Positions 36,939 to 46,404 of a DNA stretch of 64,000 nucleotides are shown here, one piece after another (the stretch's first letter is position 1; the number at the start of each line of letters is the position of its first letter). The position numbers and the translations under genes were made by a program. The notes under the pieces are model-generated. The model was not told the origin of the DNA, made no database searches, and saw only the letters and a list, made by a program, of their open reading frames with translations. This stretch comes from a virus. Taxonomy: Duplodnaviria; Caudoviricetes. The stretch lies in the IMG/VR virus record IMGVR_UViG_3300021255_001361, positions 776-64,775 of that record. One strand, 5' to 3'.

Positions 36939-37289
36939 TTATATATTCAGTTGTTTAATCATAGAAACAATAGCATCCCTTTCAGCTTGGGTATCAGTAC
37001 AACTATATAATGTATGTATAAACTCACTCAACTCTTTACATACATTATAGATAGAATTGATTACCGCTGATTCCGTTACTTCTTGCATCTGATATTTACG
37101 TTTGATTTCTCTATATAATTGATATTGAGGTAGTATGTCATTGAGTTCCTTTTCAACTCTGTTTGAGTTCTTACTATAATAAGCGTTTTTTATGATATAC
37201 ATATCTGCTAATATGCGACAGTTTTCCAATGTTGTATCACTGTTTTCAAGGTCTTGTATAGTATCTTCAATCTCCTGTATATCTAACAT
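36939..37289 (-). CDS. Hypothetical helical protein (cassette gene)
   Basis: 116-aa ORF, GGAGG RBS. Confidence 0.75.
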   Translation of the reverse strand: MLDIQEIEDTIQDLENSDTTLENCRILADMYIIKNAYYSKNSNRVEKELNDILPQYQLYREIKRKYQMQEVTESAVINSIYNVCKELSEFIHTLYSCTDTQAERDAIVSMIKQLNI

Positions 37290-37440
37290 CTAATACCTCC
37301 ATTATCTTATCAAGCTTCTTATTTTGTTCTTGCAGAATATCATGGATTTCTGCTATCTGCTGATTGTTAGTGTCAATCGTCTGTAGCTGTAGACAGAAAT
37401 CCATAATATTCACAAGGTCAATCATGCCAAGATTATTCAT
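37267..37440 (-). CDS. Small coiled-coil protein (57 aa, cassette gene)
   Basis: Hand-translated MNNLGMIDLVNIMDF...; TAATG-coupled. Confidence 0.6.
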   Translation of the reverse strand: MNNLGMIDLVNIMDFCLQLQTIDTNNQQIAEIHDILQEQNKKLDKIMEVLDVRYTGD

Positions 37441-37862
37441 TAATCTTCTATCTGACTAATACATCTTTCCATAGCCTGTCTTGTCTTTTCGTCTGATACA
37501 CCCTGCATCATAGACCGAAGCTGATTAACCATATGCTTACTGTCACGACTGTAGCCACCGTCTCTTGAATATCCGTCACGACTATAGCCATCATTAGCAT
37601 AGTCATAACTCATTCTACCCGAATAATCATTGTCGCTACTATATCTCCCCATGCTATCACGCTTTGCGTATCTACCACGGGCATTAGAATATCCATCGTT
37701 AGAATATCCGCCTTCTTCCATCTGCATTATCTCATCAATGTAGTGGATAGAAGCTGTAAGTTTTTCAATTAACTCCAAAGAACCGGAAGTTACTTGACCC
37801 TTGCCTGCAAGTTTATCAAGTTCTTCACAAAGCATATCTCGGAGTTCTTCCATCTTCTTCAT
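37440..37862 (-). CDS. Hypothetical protein with GYSRD repeats (cassette gene)
   Basis: GYSN x2, GYSRD x3 low-complexity core between helical ends. Confidence 0.8.
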   Translation of the reverse strand: MKKMEELRDMLCEELDKLAGKGQVTSGSLELIEKLTASIHYIDEIMQMEEGGYSNDGYSNARGRYAKRDSMGRYSSDNDYSGRMSYDYANDGYSRDGYSRDGGYSRDSKHMVNQLRSMMQGVSDEKTRQAMERCISQIED

Positions 37863-37878
37863 AATGTTTACCTCCTGT

Positions 37879-38322
37879 CTATGCTACCCTATTGATTACT
37901 ATGTTTGTGTTCTGCACATCTATAGGTTGTGTACTGCTATTCTCTATTGCAATAGTTGTACAACAACCTTTTGGTACTGTGACATACGCAAATTCAGTTA
38001 CGTTCCAGAAGTCTCCTACTGCGGCAGGTGTTACGATTGCTCTACTTGTAGGTACCTGCTCACCGTCTATAGTGAGTGTTACCTGTATAGGCTCAACTGT
38101 TCCACCTTCTGCTATGGCTATATTTGCTCCAAACATAACTGAATATCTTGCAAAGCAACCTGTAGGATTATTGACTATGCCTCGTAAGGTGAAGATACCT
38201 GAACCGCCTCTATGAAATACATATCCGTTGTTACAAGGTATTATATCTTCAGTAAACAAAACATTCTGATTAGCAGGAATTGTCTGTAAAGCGTTTGATA
38301 CATACTCTGCCATAGTCAACAC
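37879..38322 (-). CDS. Beta-sandwich protein, tentatively BclA C-terminal domain-like (cassette gene)
   Basis: All-beta pattern; F.ANIAI..GGTVEPI..; CC; fold call from recollection. Confidence 0.6.
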   Translation of the reverse strand: MLTMAEYVSNALQTIPANQNVLFTEDIIPCNNGYVFHRGGSGIFTLRGIVNNPTGCFARYSVMFGANIAIAEGGTVEPIQVTLTIDGEQVPTSRAIVTPAAVGDFWNVTEFAYVTVPKGCCTTIAIENSSTQPIDVQNTNIVINRVA

Positions 38323-38325
38323 CTC

Positions 38326-39174
38326 CTAAAATCCACCGTTGCACCCACAACCGCATCCGCCATTGTTGTTGCACTGGAATATAGGCTGTCTGCCATATAC
38401 AGGTACAGTTGGAACAGGGCAGTTAGAAAGTCTGTTATAAAGCTGGTCAACCTCATTAGTAAGACCCTGCTGAATAAAGGCGTTCTGTGCTGTCTGACTT
38501 GCGGCAAGATTAGCCATTGTAAGCTGTCTCTCAAGGTCGGCAATTTTTGTATTCTTACCATCCAGTTCAAGCTGGCATAATTTGTCGATTATGGTCTGAG
38601 TGCCCCTTGTCTGACTGTCGATAATGTCTCTTGTGTTCATCATAGACTGTGTTCTGTCGGCACAATTCTCTGTAGCTATTGTGTATTTAAGGTCTGCTGT
38701 TGCAAGCCTGTTTTCACAACAACAATCGGCAAGCTGTGACTGAACTCCGTTAAAGCCCTGATTCATAGCTGTCTGTGTAGCAAAAGCTGTCTGCATATTA
38801 GCCATCTGTCTTGCGTTTGCACCCTGTTCTACACCTGCAAAACCGTTGCAAAGTGCCATCTGAGTATCTGCACAACAGTTGCAAAGCTGTGTTGACAGGT
38901 TATTTACTCCGTCTCTGATAGATGTGATGTTGTCATTAAGCATCTGATTCTGGAATCCCTCACTTGTAATGTTAGCCTGGTTCATCCATGGATAGATTGA
39001 ATTATATCCACCACCAAAGCCACCATTACCGCCCCAACCATTACCGTTGAAAGCGAAAAGGAAAAGAACGAGAAGCCACCAAGCACCGTCTCCACCAAAA
39101 CCGCCGAAACCATTGTTACCTGTTACTGCGGCTACATCTGCGGCGGAAAGACCGCCATTTTCTGCTAAAGACAT
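38326..39174 (-). CDS. Gly-rich, TM, Cys-rich coiled-coil protein (cassette gene)
   Basis: GFGGFGG, AWWLLVLFLFAF, LCNCC, LADCCC, GCGCGC tail. Confidence 0.8.
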   Translation of the reverse strand: MSLAENGGLSAADVAAVTGNNGFGGFGGDGAWWLLVLFLFAFNGNGWGGNGGFGGGYNSIYPWMNQANITSEGFQNQMLNDNITSIRDGVNNLSTQLCNCCADTQMALCNGFAGVEQGANARQMANMQTAFATQTAMNQGFNGVQSQLADCCCENRLATADLKYTIATENCADRTQSMMNTRDIIDSQTRGTQTIIDKLCQLELDGKNTKIADLERQLTMANLAASQTAQNAFIQQGLTNEVDQLYNRLSNCPVPTVPVYGRQPIFQCNNNGGCGCGCNGGF

Positions 39175-39215
39175 AAGTTTGTCCTCCTTTGTGATTTATT
39201 TATAATTTTGCAAAA

Positions 39216-39413
39216 TTATTTCAGTAAGGATTGCATTTCATTTGCCATCTGTGACAGTCTGTTAAACTGTTCCTGTGACATTTTTCCATAATTAAGAAGT
39301 TCTTGCACTTGCTGTTTAGGGTCTCCCTTAAAGCTATTTCTAAACTGCTGAAACTGTGCAAGCATATTATTTTGAGGTTTACGGTTGAATAGATTATAAA
39401 TAGGATTAGCCAT
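39216..39413 (-). CDS. Small Gln/Asn/Met-rich protein (cassette gene)
   Basis: QFQQF..FKGDPKQQVQELLN.GKMSQEQFN. Confidence 0.75.
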   Translation of the reverse strand: MANPIYNLFNRKPQNNMLAQFQQFRNSFKGDPKQQVQELLNYGKMSQEQFNRLSQMANEMQSLLK

Positions 39414-39825
39414 TGTTATTCCTCCTTGTCATAGACCTGTTATTATGATTGTCAGATTGCGTTTTAAGCGTGATTTGCTCAAGTCGCTTATCTAATTCAG
39501 CTTTAGTTACATAATCGTCTAAATTGACGTTTGGTACGCTTGTAGTTGTATCTGTGTGCTGTTCTGCTGTGCGTTCTGAATAGTCGAATATCCTTAAAGG
39601 CATTGGCATACCACTTGTGTCTGTTGATTTGATGTAGAATACGGAATTTTCGCTATCCATAAGTAAGACTGAATTTCCCGCACCAACAAGATAACTCTTT
39701 GCACCTGCTTCACCCTGTACCCAGACTATTCCACTTTGCTGATTAGTCTGCGGTGGTTGATATACTTGTGGCATTTGCTGATACTGTGGGTACTGATAGT
39801 TCATCGGAAAATAATTGTAAGCCAT
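39406..39825 (-). CDS. Hypothetical protein with Q/P/Y-rich N-terminus (cassette gene)
   Basis: WVQGEAGAKSYLV...FYIKSTDTSGMP. Confidence 0.8.
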   Translation of the reverse strand: MAYNYFPMNYQYPQYQQMPQVYQPPQTNQQSGIVWVQGEAGAKSYLVGAGNSVLLMDSENSVFYIKSTDTSGMPMPLRIFDYSERTAEQHTDTTTSVPNVNLDDYVTKAELDKRLEQITLKTQSDNHNNRSMTRRNNNG

Positions 39826-39828
39826 AAC

Positions 39829-40206
39829 TTACTCCTTTCTTTGCCAGTAATAAATTGGTGTTGTATCACCACTATCCCAACTGTCATAATAATTTCCGCA
39901 TATTGCGGCGACAGTGTGTGTGCCGGTAGATAAGATGTAGTTGCCTTGTGGATGATCCTGGCAGAAATCTCTGACTGTATAGCAATCTGGACAAGTATTA
40001 GGTATGATGTATCGTTTATATCCGTTGTTACGCAAGAAGTTACCCCATACATTGTTAGCAGATGGCATATCAGATAACATAAGACCTTGTATTGCAAGTC
40101 TGATATATGTTTCTTCCCAAGACAATCCTAAAGATTTTGAGATAGCACGAATAACGCAGTCACCGACATATACACTGTGAGGATTAGGGTTGTAATGTAT
40201 GTACAT
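39829..40206 (-). CDS. Putative papain-fold Cys peptidase/amidase-like protein (cassette gene)
   Basis: NPNP...GDCVIRAI...H..A...G.YYDSWDS, a possible Cys-His-Asp triad. Confidence 0.55.
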   Translation of the reverse strand: MYIHYNPNPHSVYVGDCVIRAISKSLGLSWEETYIRLAIQGLMLSDMPSANNVWGNFLRNNGYKRYIIPNTCPDCYTVRDFCQDHPQGNYILSTGTHTVAAICGNYYDSWDSGDTTPIYYWQRKE

Positions 40207-40244
40207 TGTGCTATCTCCTTTCTCTTTATAGATTTACAATACAA

Positions 40245-40276
40245 TAAAAAAGAGACTGTAACTTATACAGTCTCTT
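40245..40276 (-). terminator. Intrinsic terminator ending the late operon
   Basis: AAGAGACTGTA/TACAGTCTCTT 11-bp stem followed by a T run. Confidence 0.75.
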
Positions 40277-40303
40277 TACATATTTTCTATGATTTTTATA
40301 CGG

Positions 40304-40513
40304 TCAAAGTGTTCTTATCATCTTATCCTTAATTCGTCTGATTAACTTACTCACCTTTGCTTCTGATATATTCATCTGTAGAGCAATAGCAGTATTTGAT
40401 TTGTTCTTTGCTCTTAAATTAAAGCACTCCAATTCTTCATCTGAAAAATTACAATTATCTCTAAAGTATTGAAGTTCCCACTCGACGAAATCAGATATAT
40501 GTGGTAGTTTCAT
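40304..40513 (-). CDS. Stand-alone LuxR/GerE-type HTH regulator
   Basis: FSDEELECFNLRAKNKSNTAIALQMNISEAKVSKLIRRIKDK. Confidence 0.75.
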   Translation of the reverse strand: MKLPHISDFVEWELQYFRDNCNFSDEELECFNLRAKNKSNTAIALQMNISEAKVSKLIRRIKDKMIRTL

Positions 40514-40525
40514 ATGTTAATCTCC

Positions 40526-41854
40526 TTACGCTATCCTAATCGCTCTAATTGATGCCGATGATGCATTAAGATTGCCACCGCTATTTTGAAAACCACGCAG
40601 ATATAATGTGGTCGATTGAGCCAACTCAAAGCATCCTGACACGCATAATCCTGTCGTATGGCTACCACCTGCCGATGGAACTCTAACATACATACTGTCA
40701 TAGCTTGATGTGCTTGTTGAACTATTCGTCACGATTATCGCTCTGTTGCCTGTCGCATTGGATGCAAACGATGCTCTTGCGTTTAATTGCCATATTCCTG
40801 CTGACAAGGTTACTTGCGCAAGTGTTCCGTAAGAGCCATTTGTAAGTGTAACAGCAGATGTCATGTCATCGGTCTCGATAGTATGTATATCTTGGTTCAT
40901 ACGCATCCAAGGAGACCACGAATTATTCATATAGTGCCTTTGAAAAACCTGTCCACATCCTGTTTGGCGGTATCGACTAAACCTCTGCATTGAGCCGAAA
41001 CATTCAAAATTTCCATAGTTACCATTAGCAACAGGAGCATTTGAGACGTACTGATTTATTCCTATCCAATAGACGTGCCTTGCATTCGCTCCACGAAAAG
41101 CCTCATCGTTAAAATCTATCGGATTACTCTGTGTAGCCTCTAACGTGCCACCATGACGGATGACGTTGTGTACAGGGATGCTAGATGGCACACCGCTTGG
41201 GTTAGTAACCTCAAAAGCACCATCAACTGAGCCTTCCTCAAACCGATATGCAGTATCTTTAACCCAAATGACTGAGTTTTGGTCAATCTCTATACCATTA
41301 CCCTCTGTCAAGGTGTCCTGTTTCTGCGCTGTTTCGAGATTTATGATAGTATTAATCTCACTTCTGTCATAGGTTTGAGATTTTGTATAATAATTGTCTA
41401 AATCGCTTAAGCTTGCCTTGTCCAACAATCCCCATGTTACCGCCGAATTAGTGATGAGGTTATTGCTTAATTGGTCTAATACTGTATCAAAGTCCTCAGC
41501 CGCCGCTGTGCCGAGAGTCGGCTTGTTGCTCAAATCAGCGTAAGCGCCACTTGTTGCTACTGTCGCAAGGTCTGATGTGTTTGCCTTACCCTGTAAAGCA
41601 TTATCTATATCAGTCTTGGTATAATAATTCGCCTGCAAAACTGCTGTGGTGGTGTAATCATCAAGAGCATTAATAACATAACTTTGTGTGGCATACTCGG
41701 ATAAATCTATTTGCGCCACTTTATTTTCGTCAACTACTGATGTGCCATTGACCTTTACATCATCAACTTGACCACCGCCTGTACCTTCGTTGAGCAATTC
41801 TGTGGCTTTTTGTTTCCACTCATCTTTTCCATTGTATTCTATAACATTCGCCAT
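40526..41854 (-). CDS. Tail fibre / receptor-binding protein
   Basis: VDDVKVNGTSVV, LATVATSGAYADLSNKP fibre motifs; beta-rich C-terminus. Confidence 0.75.
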   Translation of the reverse strand: MANVIEYNGKDEWKQKATELLNEGTGGGQVDDVKVNGTSVVDENKVAQIDLSEYATQSYVINALDDYTTTAVLQANYYTKTDIDNALQGKANTSDLATVATSGAYADLSNKPTLGTAAAEDFDTVLDQLSNNLITNSAVTWGLLDKASLSDLDNYYTKSQTYDRSEINTIINLETAQKQDTLTEGNGIEIDQNSVIWVKDTAYRFEEGSVDGAFEVTNPSGVPSSIPVHNVIRHGGTLEATQSNPIDFNDEAFRGANARHVYWIGINQYVSNAPVANGNYGNFECFGSMQRFSRYRQTGCGQVFQRHYMNNSWSPWMRMNQDIHTIETDDMTSAVTLTNGSYGTLAQVTLSAGIWQLNARASFASNATGNRAIIVTNSSTSTSSYDSMYVRVPSAGGSHTTGLCVSGCFELAQSTTLYLRGFQNSGGNLNASSASIRAIRIA

Positions 41855-41856
41855 AA

Positions 41857-43323
41857 TTATTCTCCATCGTCAAATGACAGAATGTAAATAACCTTCATGT
41901 TCTTATCTGCACTCTTTACAACAGGTGTTGCAAGATTATTGATTGTAGCAAGATAATCTGCATTTACACCTATTTTAAAGTACACATCACGCCAATTACC
42001 ACTATCATACGGTTGTACATTGTAAAGAAATGGGTCATCTGATGAAATATATCTACCGTGTCTCTGTCTATACCACTCATTACAAGCTGTAACTGTTCTG
42101 TTGACCATATCAATGAAGAATCCACCGTTCTGTCCTCCAGTTGCTTGACCCATACCCATAATGAATGATTTCTCCCTAATCATTACAGCACCATATTCAT
42201 CTACAGACATTGGTTGGTCAACAACTTTTGTCGTGTTATTAGTAAAGATATTCTCAAATATAATCTTGTTGGATGTGTATAGAGCTATGTTGTTATTACC
42301 AAAAGATATTGCATGATGTACTGTACTCCATGTGAAGTCTGTCTTATTGGTAACTGTGAATCCTTCTGCTACCTTTGTTGAGCAATTAATTCTGCAACCT
42401 TGTACAACTGTATTAGGTGCTATGTTGAGATTACCTGCAAGTAGATAATAATAGTTACCATATCTTCCTATACCCCATGCTGATGCGTTTCCAAGAGCGT
42501 TTACAAATGCTGGTGGTAATGATACCTCTGTCTCAACAACTGGAATAAAACTCTGATTAGGTTCAACAAGTTGGCTTGGTTGATACATATAAGGATATGT
42601 TTCTCTTATATCAATCTTACTCAATGGGATTTTCTTTGTGATAAGTTTAATCTTACCTGTAGTTCCCATATGTTCTGATGAGTGTGCTTGAACATAATTC
42701 ACATTATAGTAATCCACATATGTTACGGTGCTGTTGGTTTCGTTCACATCGAATATTCTTGTATGTAAATCGTTAGTCACTTCATCCACATCATAATTAA
42801 CACTCGGTGTAACAAGTGTTGTACTAATAGCACTTTTATGATTTCCTGCGGTTGCTTCGCTTGCATTACCAACACCAGCATAGCCTTTTACTTTAGATGT
42901 TAAACAAGCACAAGCTATTGTTCCATTTGCCTGCTCTTGGGTGAAATCCCAAACCATTCTGTACTTACCGTCTGCGGTCCATTTACTTTCCGTAAAGTTC
43001 CAAGAGCCAAACTCTGTAACACCATCTTCACCGTTGTAGGTATATCCTTTTGCGCCATTACCTGTCATGGTAAGACCACCTTCATATATCACATTGTCTG
43101 CATCTTCTGTGATAGTATTATCGAAGAGAAGCAATCCGCCATAAAGTTCACCAATTATATCTTGCTGAATAGCTTGTTGTTTGAGCGGTGTAGTGTACAA
43201 CATACCACCGTCTTGTGTGATATAGTCAAGAGCATTAGTTACAAGGTTATCATCTTCATAGACTTCCTTCTTACCTGTCTTTACATCTGTTAATTCAATA
43301 ATTGAATGTCCTTTAATTCTCAT
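41857..43323 (-). CDS. Minor tail / baseplate protein
   Basis: 488 aa, position in tail module. Confidence 0.65.
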   Translation of the reverse strand: MRIKGHSIIELTDVKTGKKEVYEDDNLVTNALDYITQDGGMLYTTPLKQQAIQQDIIGELYGGLLLFDNTITEDADNVIYEGGLTMTGNGAKGYTYNGEDGVTEFGSWNFTESKWTADGKYRMVWDFTQEQANGTIACACLTSKVKGYAGVGNASEATAGNHKSAISTTLVTPSVNYDVDEVTNDLHTRIFDVNETNSTVTYVDYYNVNYVQAHSSEHMGTTGKIKLITKKIPLSKIDIRETYPYMYQPSQLVEPNQSFIPVVETEVSLPPAFVNALGNASAWGIGRYGNYYYLLAGNLNIAPNTVVQGCRINCSTKVAEGFTVTNKTDFTWSTVHHAISFGNNNIALYTSNKIIFENIFTNNTTKVVDQPMSVDEYGAVMIREKSFIMGMGQATGGQNGGFFIDMVNRTVTACNEWYRQRHGRYISSDDPFLYNVQPYDSGNWRDVYFKIGVNADYLATINNLATPVVKSADKNMKVIYILSFDDGE

Positions 43324-44177
43324 TATTCCACCTCGTTTCCTACGGTTATGAATGTGTACTTTGTAAATGTATCGCTCACCTTGTCATACATACCCTCATC
43401 GTTGCCCTTCTTGGCAGGTACAAGGTCGTAAAGTATATCGCCCGTGCTTATTGATGTAATCTTGAACTCATATATTTTGCCGATATAATTACCGGATTGA
43501 AGTCTAAATCCGACTAAATACGGATTTGCAACCGAGGATGGAGTATAGTTAGTTACTTTGCTTCCGTCTAATGTATTTTCGTTATTAGTATTATTGATAA
43601 ATGTATGCTTTCCGGACGTATAGCTTCCAAACATCGATTCCGATGTACCTATTCCCGTGTACCAATTATTATTATATATCGTTAATTGTGGATACCGAGT
43701 ATTTGCGGAAGTTCCGAAGATGCTCATCGTTTGCGTGTAGTTGGCTTCAAACGTCACTTCTATCGTGTAATCAGATGATACATTAAAAGGTGTCGTGATG
43801 TAACCACCGCCATTAAATTCGGCATAATCATACAGTTCGACATCTGTTAAACCGAGCGCAACCTTGAGGTCGTATATCTGTTGCACTGATAGCTGTGAAA
43901 AGTCCAAATCGGATATATCACCGCCACCACCTTGTACGCTCTGCCATGTTCCATCACCACGCAAATATTTTTCTTCATCTCCTGCCATCGGTCTTGGTAC
44001 GATACCTTTTTCACCGTTCTCGGAACTGCTTGCACCTGTAAATGGTGTCGTTGACGCAACCTCATTCTGATGCATCTGAGCATCAATCTCATCAAGATTC
44101 TGATTAACAACTGTAACATCATAATTATCAGTTGAAGCATCTTTCCGCAAGTTGTAATTAGCTGTATAAGAAGCCAT
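43323..44177 (-). CDS. Tail fibre-associated protein with C-terminal lectin-like domain
   Basis: GIVPRPMAGDEEKYLRGDGTW motif; beta-sandwich C-terminus. Confidence 0.65.
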   Translation of the reverse strand: MASYTANYNLRKDASTDNYDVTVVNQNLDEIDAQMHQNEVASTTPFTGASSSENGEKGIVPRPMAGDEEKYLRGDGTWQSVQGGGGDISDLDFSQLSVQQIYDLKVALGLTDVELYDYAEFNGGGYITTPFNVSSDYTIEVTFEANYTQTMSIFGTSANTRYPQLTIYNNNWYTGIGTSESMFGSYTSGKHTFINNTNNENTLDGSKVTNYTPSSVANPYLVGFRLQSGNYIGKIYEFKITSISTGDILYDLVPAKKGNDEGMYDKVSDTFTKYTFITVGNEVE

Positions 44178-44188
44178 TTGTTCCCTCC

Positions 44189-45949
44189 TTATCCGTGAAT
44201 ATATCTATTGTTCAACTGTGCATGGGTTACATCATGTAATTCTCCATGCGTGTATGCGCTCATCATATCCTTGTCGATAAGTAACGTATCAATAGGTTTT
44301 TCAACTCGTATTCTTCTCAACTGGATTTCACCGATTGTATCTTCAAGCGATTCTTCTGTTGGAGCATCAAGTATAGTTGATATAGCATCTGTAAAATTAT
44401 GCTCTAATGTAGCACTCTTGTAAGGTATTTCTGATATTGTATCTCTGAAATACAGATAACCATCCCACTCATTAGATGATAATAAGCCTTGACCTCTGAT
44501 TGATGCTTGCATACCGTGTTGCTGAATTGTTAAACTACCACCTGCCATATTCAGAGTGACTTCAAATCTGATTGTTCTTGCGCCTTGAATTTCCATGAAG
44601 TATAGCAAGTGTAGAATGTGTTTTCCGTCTACCCATGTTTCTTTTGGGATATAGTCTGTAACCTGTGCATCATTGATGTAATACTTTATTGTACCAACTG
44701 CATCATTATATGTTATTCCGTTTACAGTTGTCTCAACATCAACTAATACTTCTGCATGAAAGATTACAGTTGTTGTAGCAATAGATGTAAATTGTATGTC
44801 CATGATAGTCTTTGTCTGACCATCACCAACTTCAATCTCGCTCTCATTGTTATACAGATAGTATTCTTCCGCAAGTATCTTTTGTTTAGATTTTAAATCT
44901 TCATTGGTAACACTATATTGATAGCCAGATATTGTCTGCTGTTCCTCATAATCTTCTTTACCCCTTGATATGATATTCTGTTCAATCAACTGTACACCGC
45001 TTAATAAGGTTTCACAAACAAGGTGGTCTCCCATATCAGTCTGTACAATCTTACCAAGTTTGGCATCATAATCAGAAACAATCATATTGATGTTAGCTGG
45101 ATTATAAGAAATCTTTGCCACACTATAAAGTATCGCTTGCGCAATTTCCTCTAACTCTGCTGATGTTCTATCCAATACAAGTAGATTATCTTGAATACAG
45201 ATTATCTTCTTTCCTGTTCCTGCTCTTGCTTCTGTATCTCTGATTGAATTGTTTATGTAAACCTGTGAGAATACAGGAACAGTAAATGCTTCAAACTCCG
45301 ATGTGTTCTTCTCGTAGTTATTTGTTATATCATAAGTTGAATATGCACCAAGAAATTCAAGTTTGCCCTCTCTATTGATGTTAGCATTACAAGCCTGTAG
45401 CGCACATATGTATCGTAGCATTTCAATAAAGCTAACGCCATTGATATTCTGTGTTTTGCTGATAAGCAAATTATCATTAGGCAGTGCTGTGTCAACATAA
45501 TCAAGACCGACAAAATCACACAAACCTTTTCTGAATACATCAAGTGTTACTGTGCGTTCACTTGTAAAAGTATCATTCCAGTATTTAGTTACATCTATAT
45601 CAGCAAGGTAATACAAGGCATCATAAGCTATAATATGTCTGCTTGTATCATTCCTTGACCTGTTTCGCTTACAGCTATCAACTCTACCATGGAATAAAGG
45701 AACAACTGTCGTAACATTACCTTCTGTGACATTCTGATATACATAGATATATTGCTTTTCTATATCTGGAATATCATACAGGTCAACTTCAAATCTGTTC
45801 GCATTACATTGACCTATCGTAAAGGCATCTGTACACAATACTTCATCAAGCTGTAGCGAACCAGAACCTATACCTGTGGTAATGCTCGGCAGTTGTTGAT
45901 TATTCGGAAAAGATATGACCGTTTGTCGATTAACTTGTATGTCTGGCAT
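44189..45949 (-). CDS. Tail hub / Tal-like protein
   Basis: 586 aa, downstream of the Dit-like gene. Confidence 0.65.
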   Translation of the reverse strand: MPDIQVNRQTVISFPNNQQLPSITTGIGSGSLQLDEVLCTDAFTIGQCNANRFEVDLYDIPDIEKQYIYVYQNVTEGNVTTVVPLFHGRVDSCKRNRSRNDTSRHIIAYDALYYLADIDVTKYWNDTFTSERTVTLDVFRKGLCDFVGLDYVDTALPNDNLLISKTQNINGVSFIEMLRYICALQACNANINREGKLEFLGAYSTYDITNNYEKNTSEFEAFTVPVFSQVYINNSIRDTEARAGTGKKIICIQDNLLVLDRTSAELEEIAQAILYSVAKISYNPANINMIVSDYDAKLGKIVQTDMGDHLVCETLLSGVQLIEQNIISRGKEDYEEQQTISGYQYSVTNEDLKSKQKILAEEYYLYNNESEIEVGDGQTKTIMDIQFTSIATTTVIFHAEVLVDVETTVNGITYNDAVGTIKYYINDAQVTDYIPKETWVDGKHILHLLYFMEIQGARTIRFEVTLNMAGGSLTIQQHGMQASIRGQGLLSSNEWDGYLYFRDTISEIPYKSATLEHNFTDAISTILDAPTEESLEDTIGEIQLRRIRVEKPIDTLLIDKDMMSAYTHGELHDVTHAQLNNRYIHG

Positions 45950-45963
45950 AATCTTTTCCTCCC

Positions 45964-46401
45964 TTAATACTCAATCAATTCCATCTTCATTTCTTTGTAT
46001 TTGATATTATCATCTTCAATATGATTAATAGGAAATTCCATGTTAGGTCTGTAGAAATAACCCTCATGGTATGTATTTCCATCATCGTCCCAATATTCTA
46101 TCCAGCACTTTCTTTGCTTATGGTCTGTTTCGTGGTCATAAAAGAACTGTTGAATAGCCATCTTATCTGCAAGGTTGACTGGTCTTATCGTGAATGTAAT
46201 TTTTGTTTTCATACCGTCTGCTGTAATACGATATAAGTCTCTACTATTATCATCACGATAAGCCTTCAACTCTTCTCTTTGCTTTGGGTTACTGCTATAT
46301 GTATCAAACTTGATATATCTATTAGGGAAGATAGTATATGTCTTTACATTGTTTACCATCTTTATCCCTCTAATAAGATACCCTTTGAATGGACTTGACA
46401 T
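45964..46401 (-). CDS. Distal tail (Dit-like) protein
   Basis: 145 aa directly after the tape measure; YRPN..F.. Confidence 0.65.
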   Translation of the reverse strand: MSSPFKGYLIRGIKMVNNVKTYTIFPNRYIKFDTYSSNPKQREELKAYRDDNSRDLYRITADGMKTKITFTIRPVNLADKMAIQQFFYDHETDHKQRKCWIEYWDDDGNTYHEGYFYRPNMEFPINHIEDDNIKYKEMKMELIEY

Positions 46402-46404
46402 ATA

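Noticed and set aside
38316-40097. Alternative-frame minus-strand ORFs 38316-38570 and 39801-40097
   Set aside because: They overlap better-supported cassette genes and have no RBS or motifs.
40526-45949. Diversity-generating retroelement acting on tail fibres
   Set aside because: No reverse transcriptase ORF, and I saw no TR/VR repeat pair.
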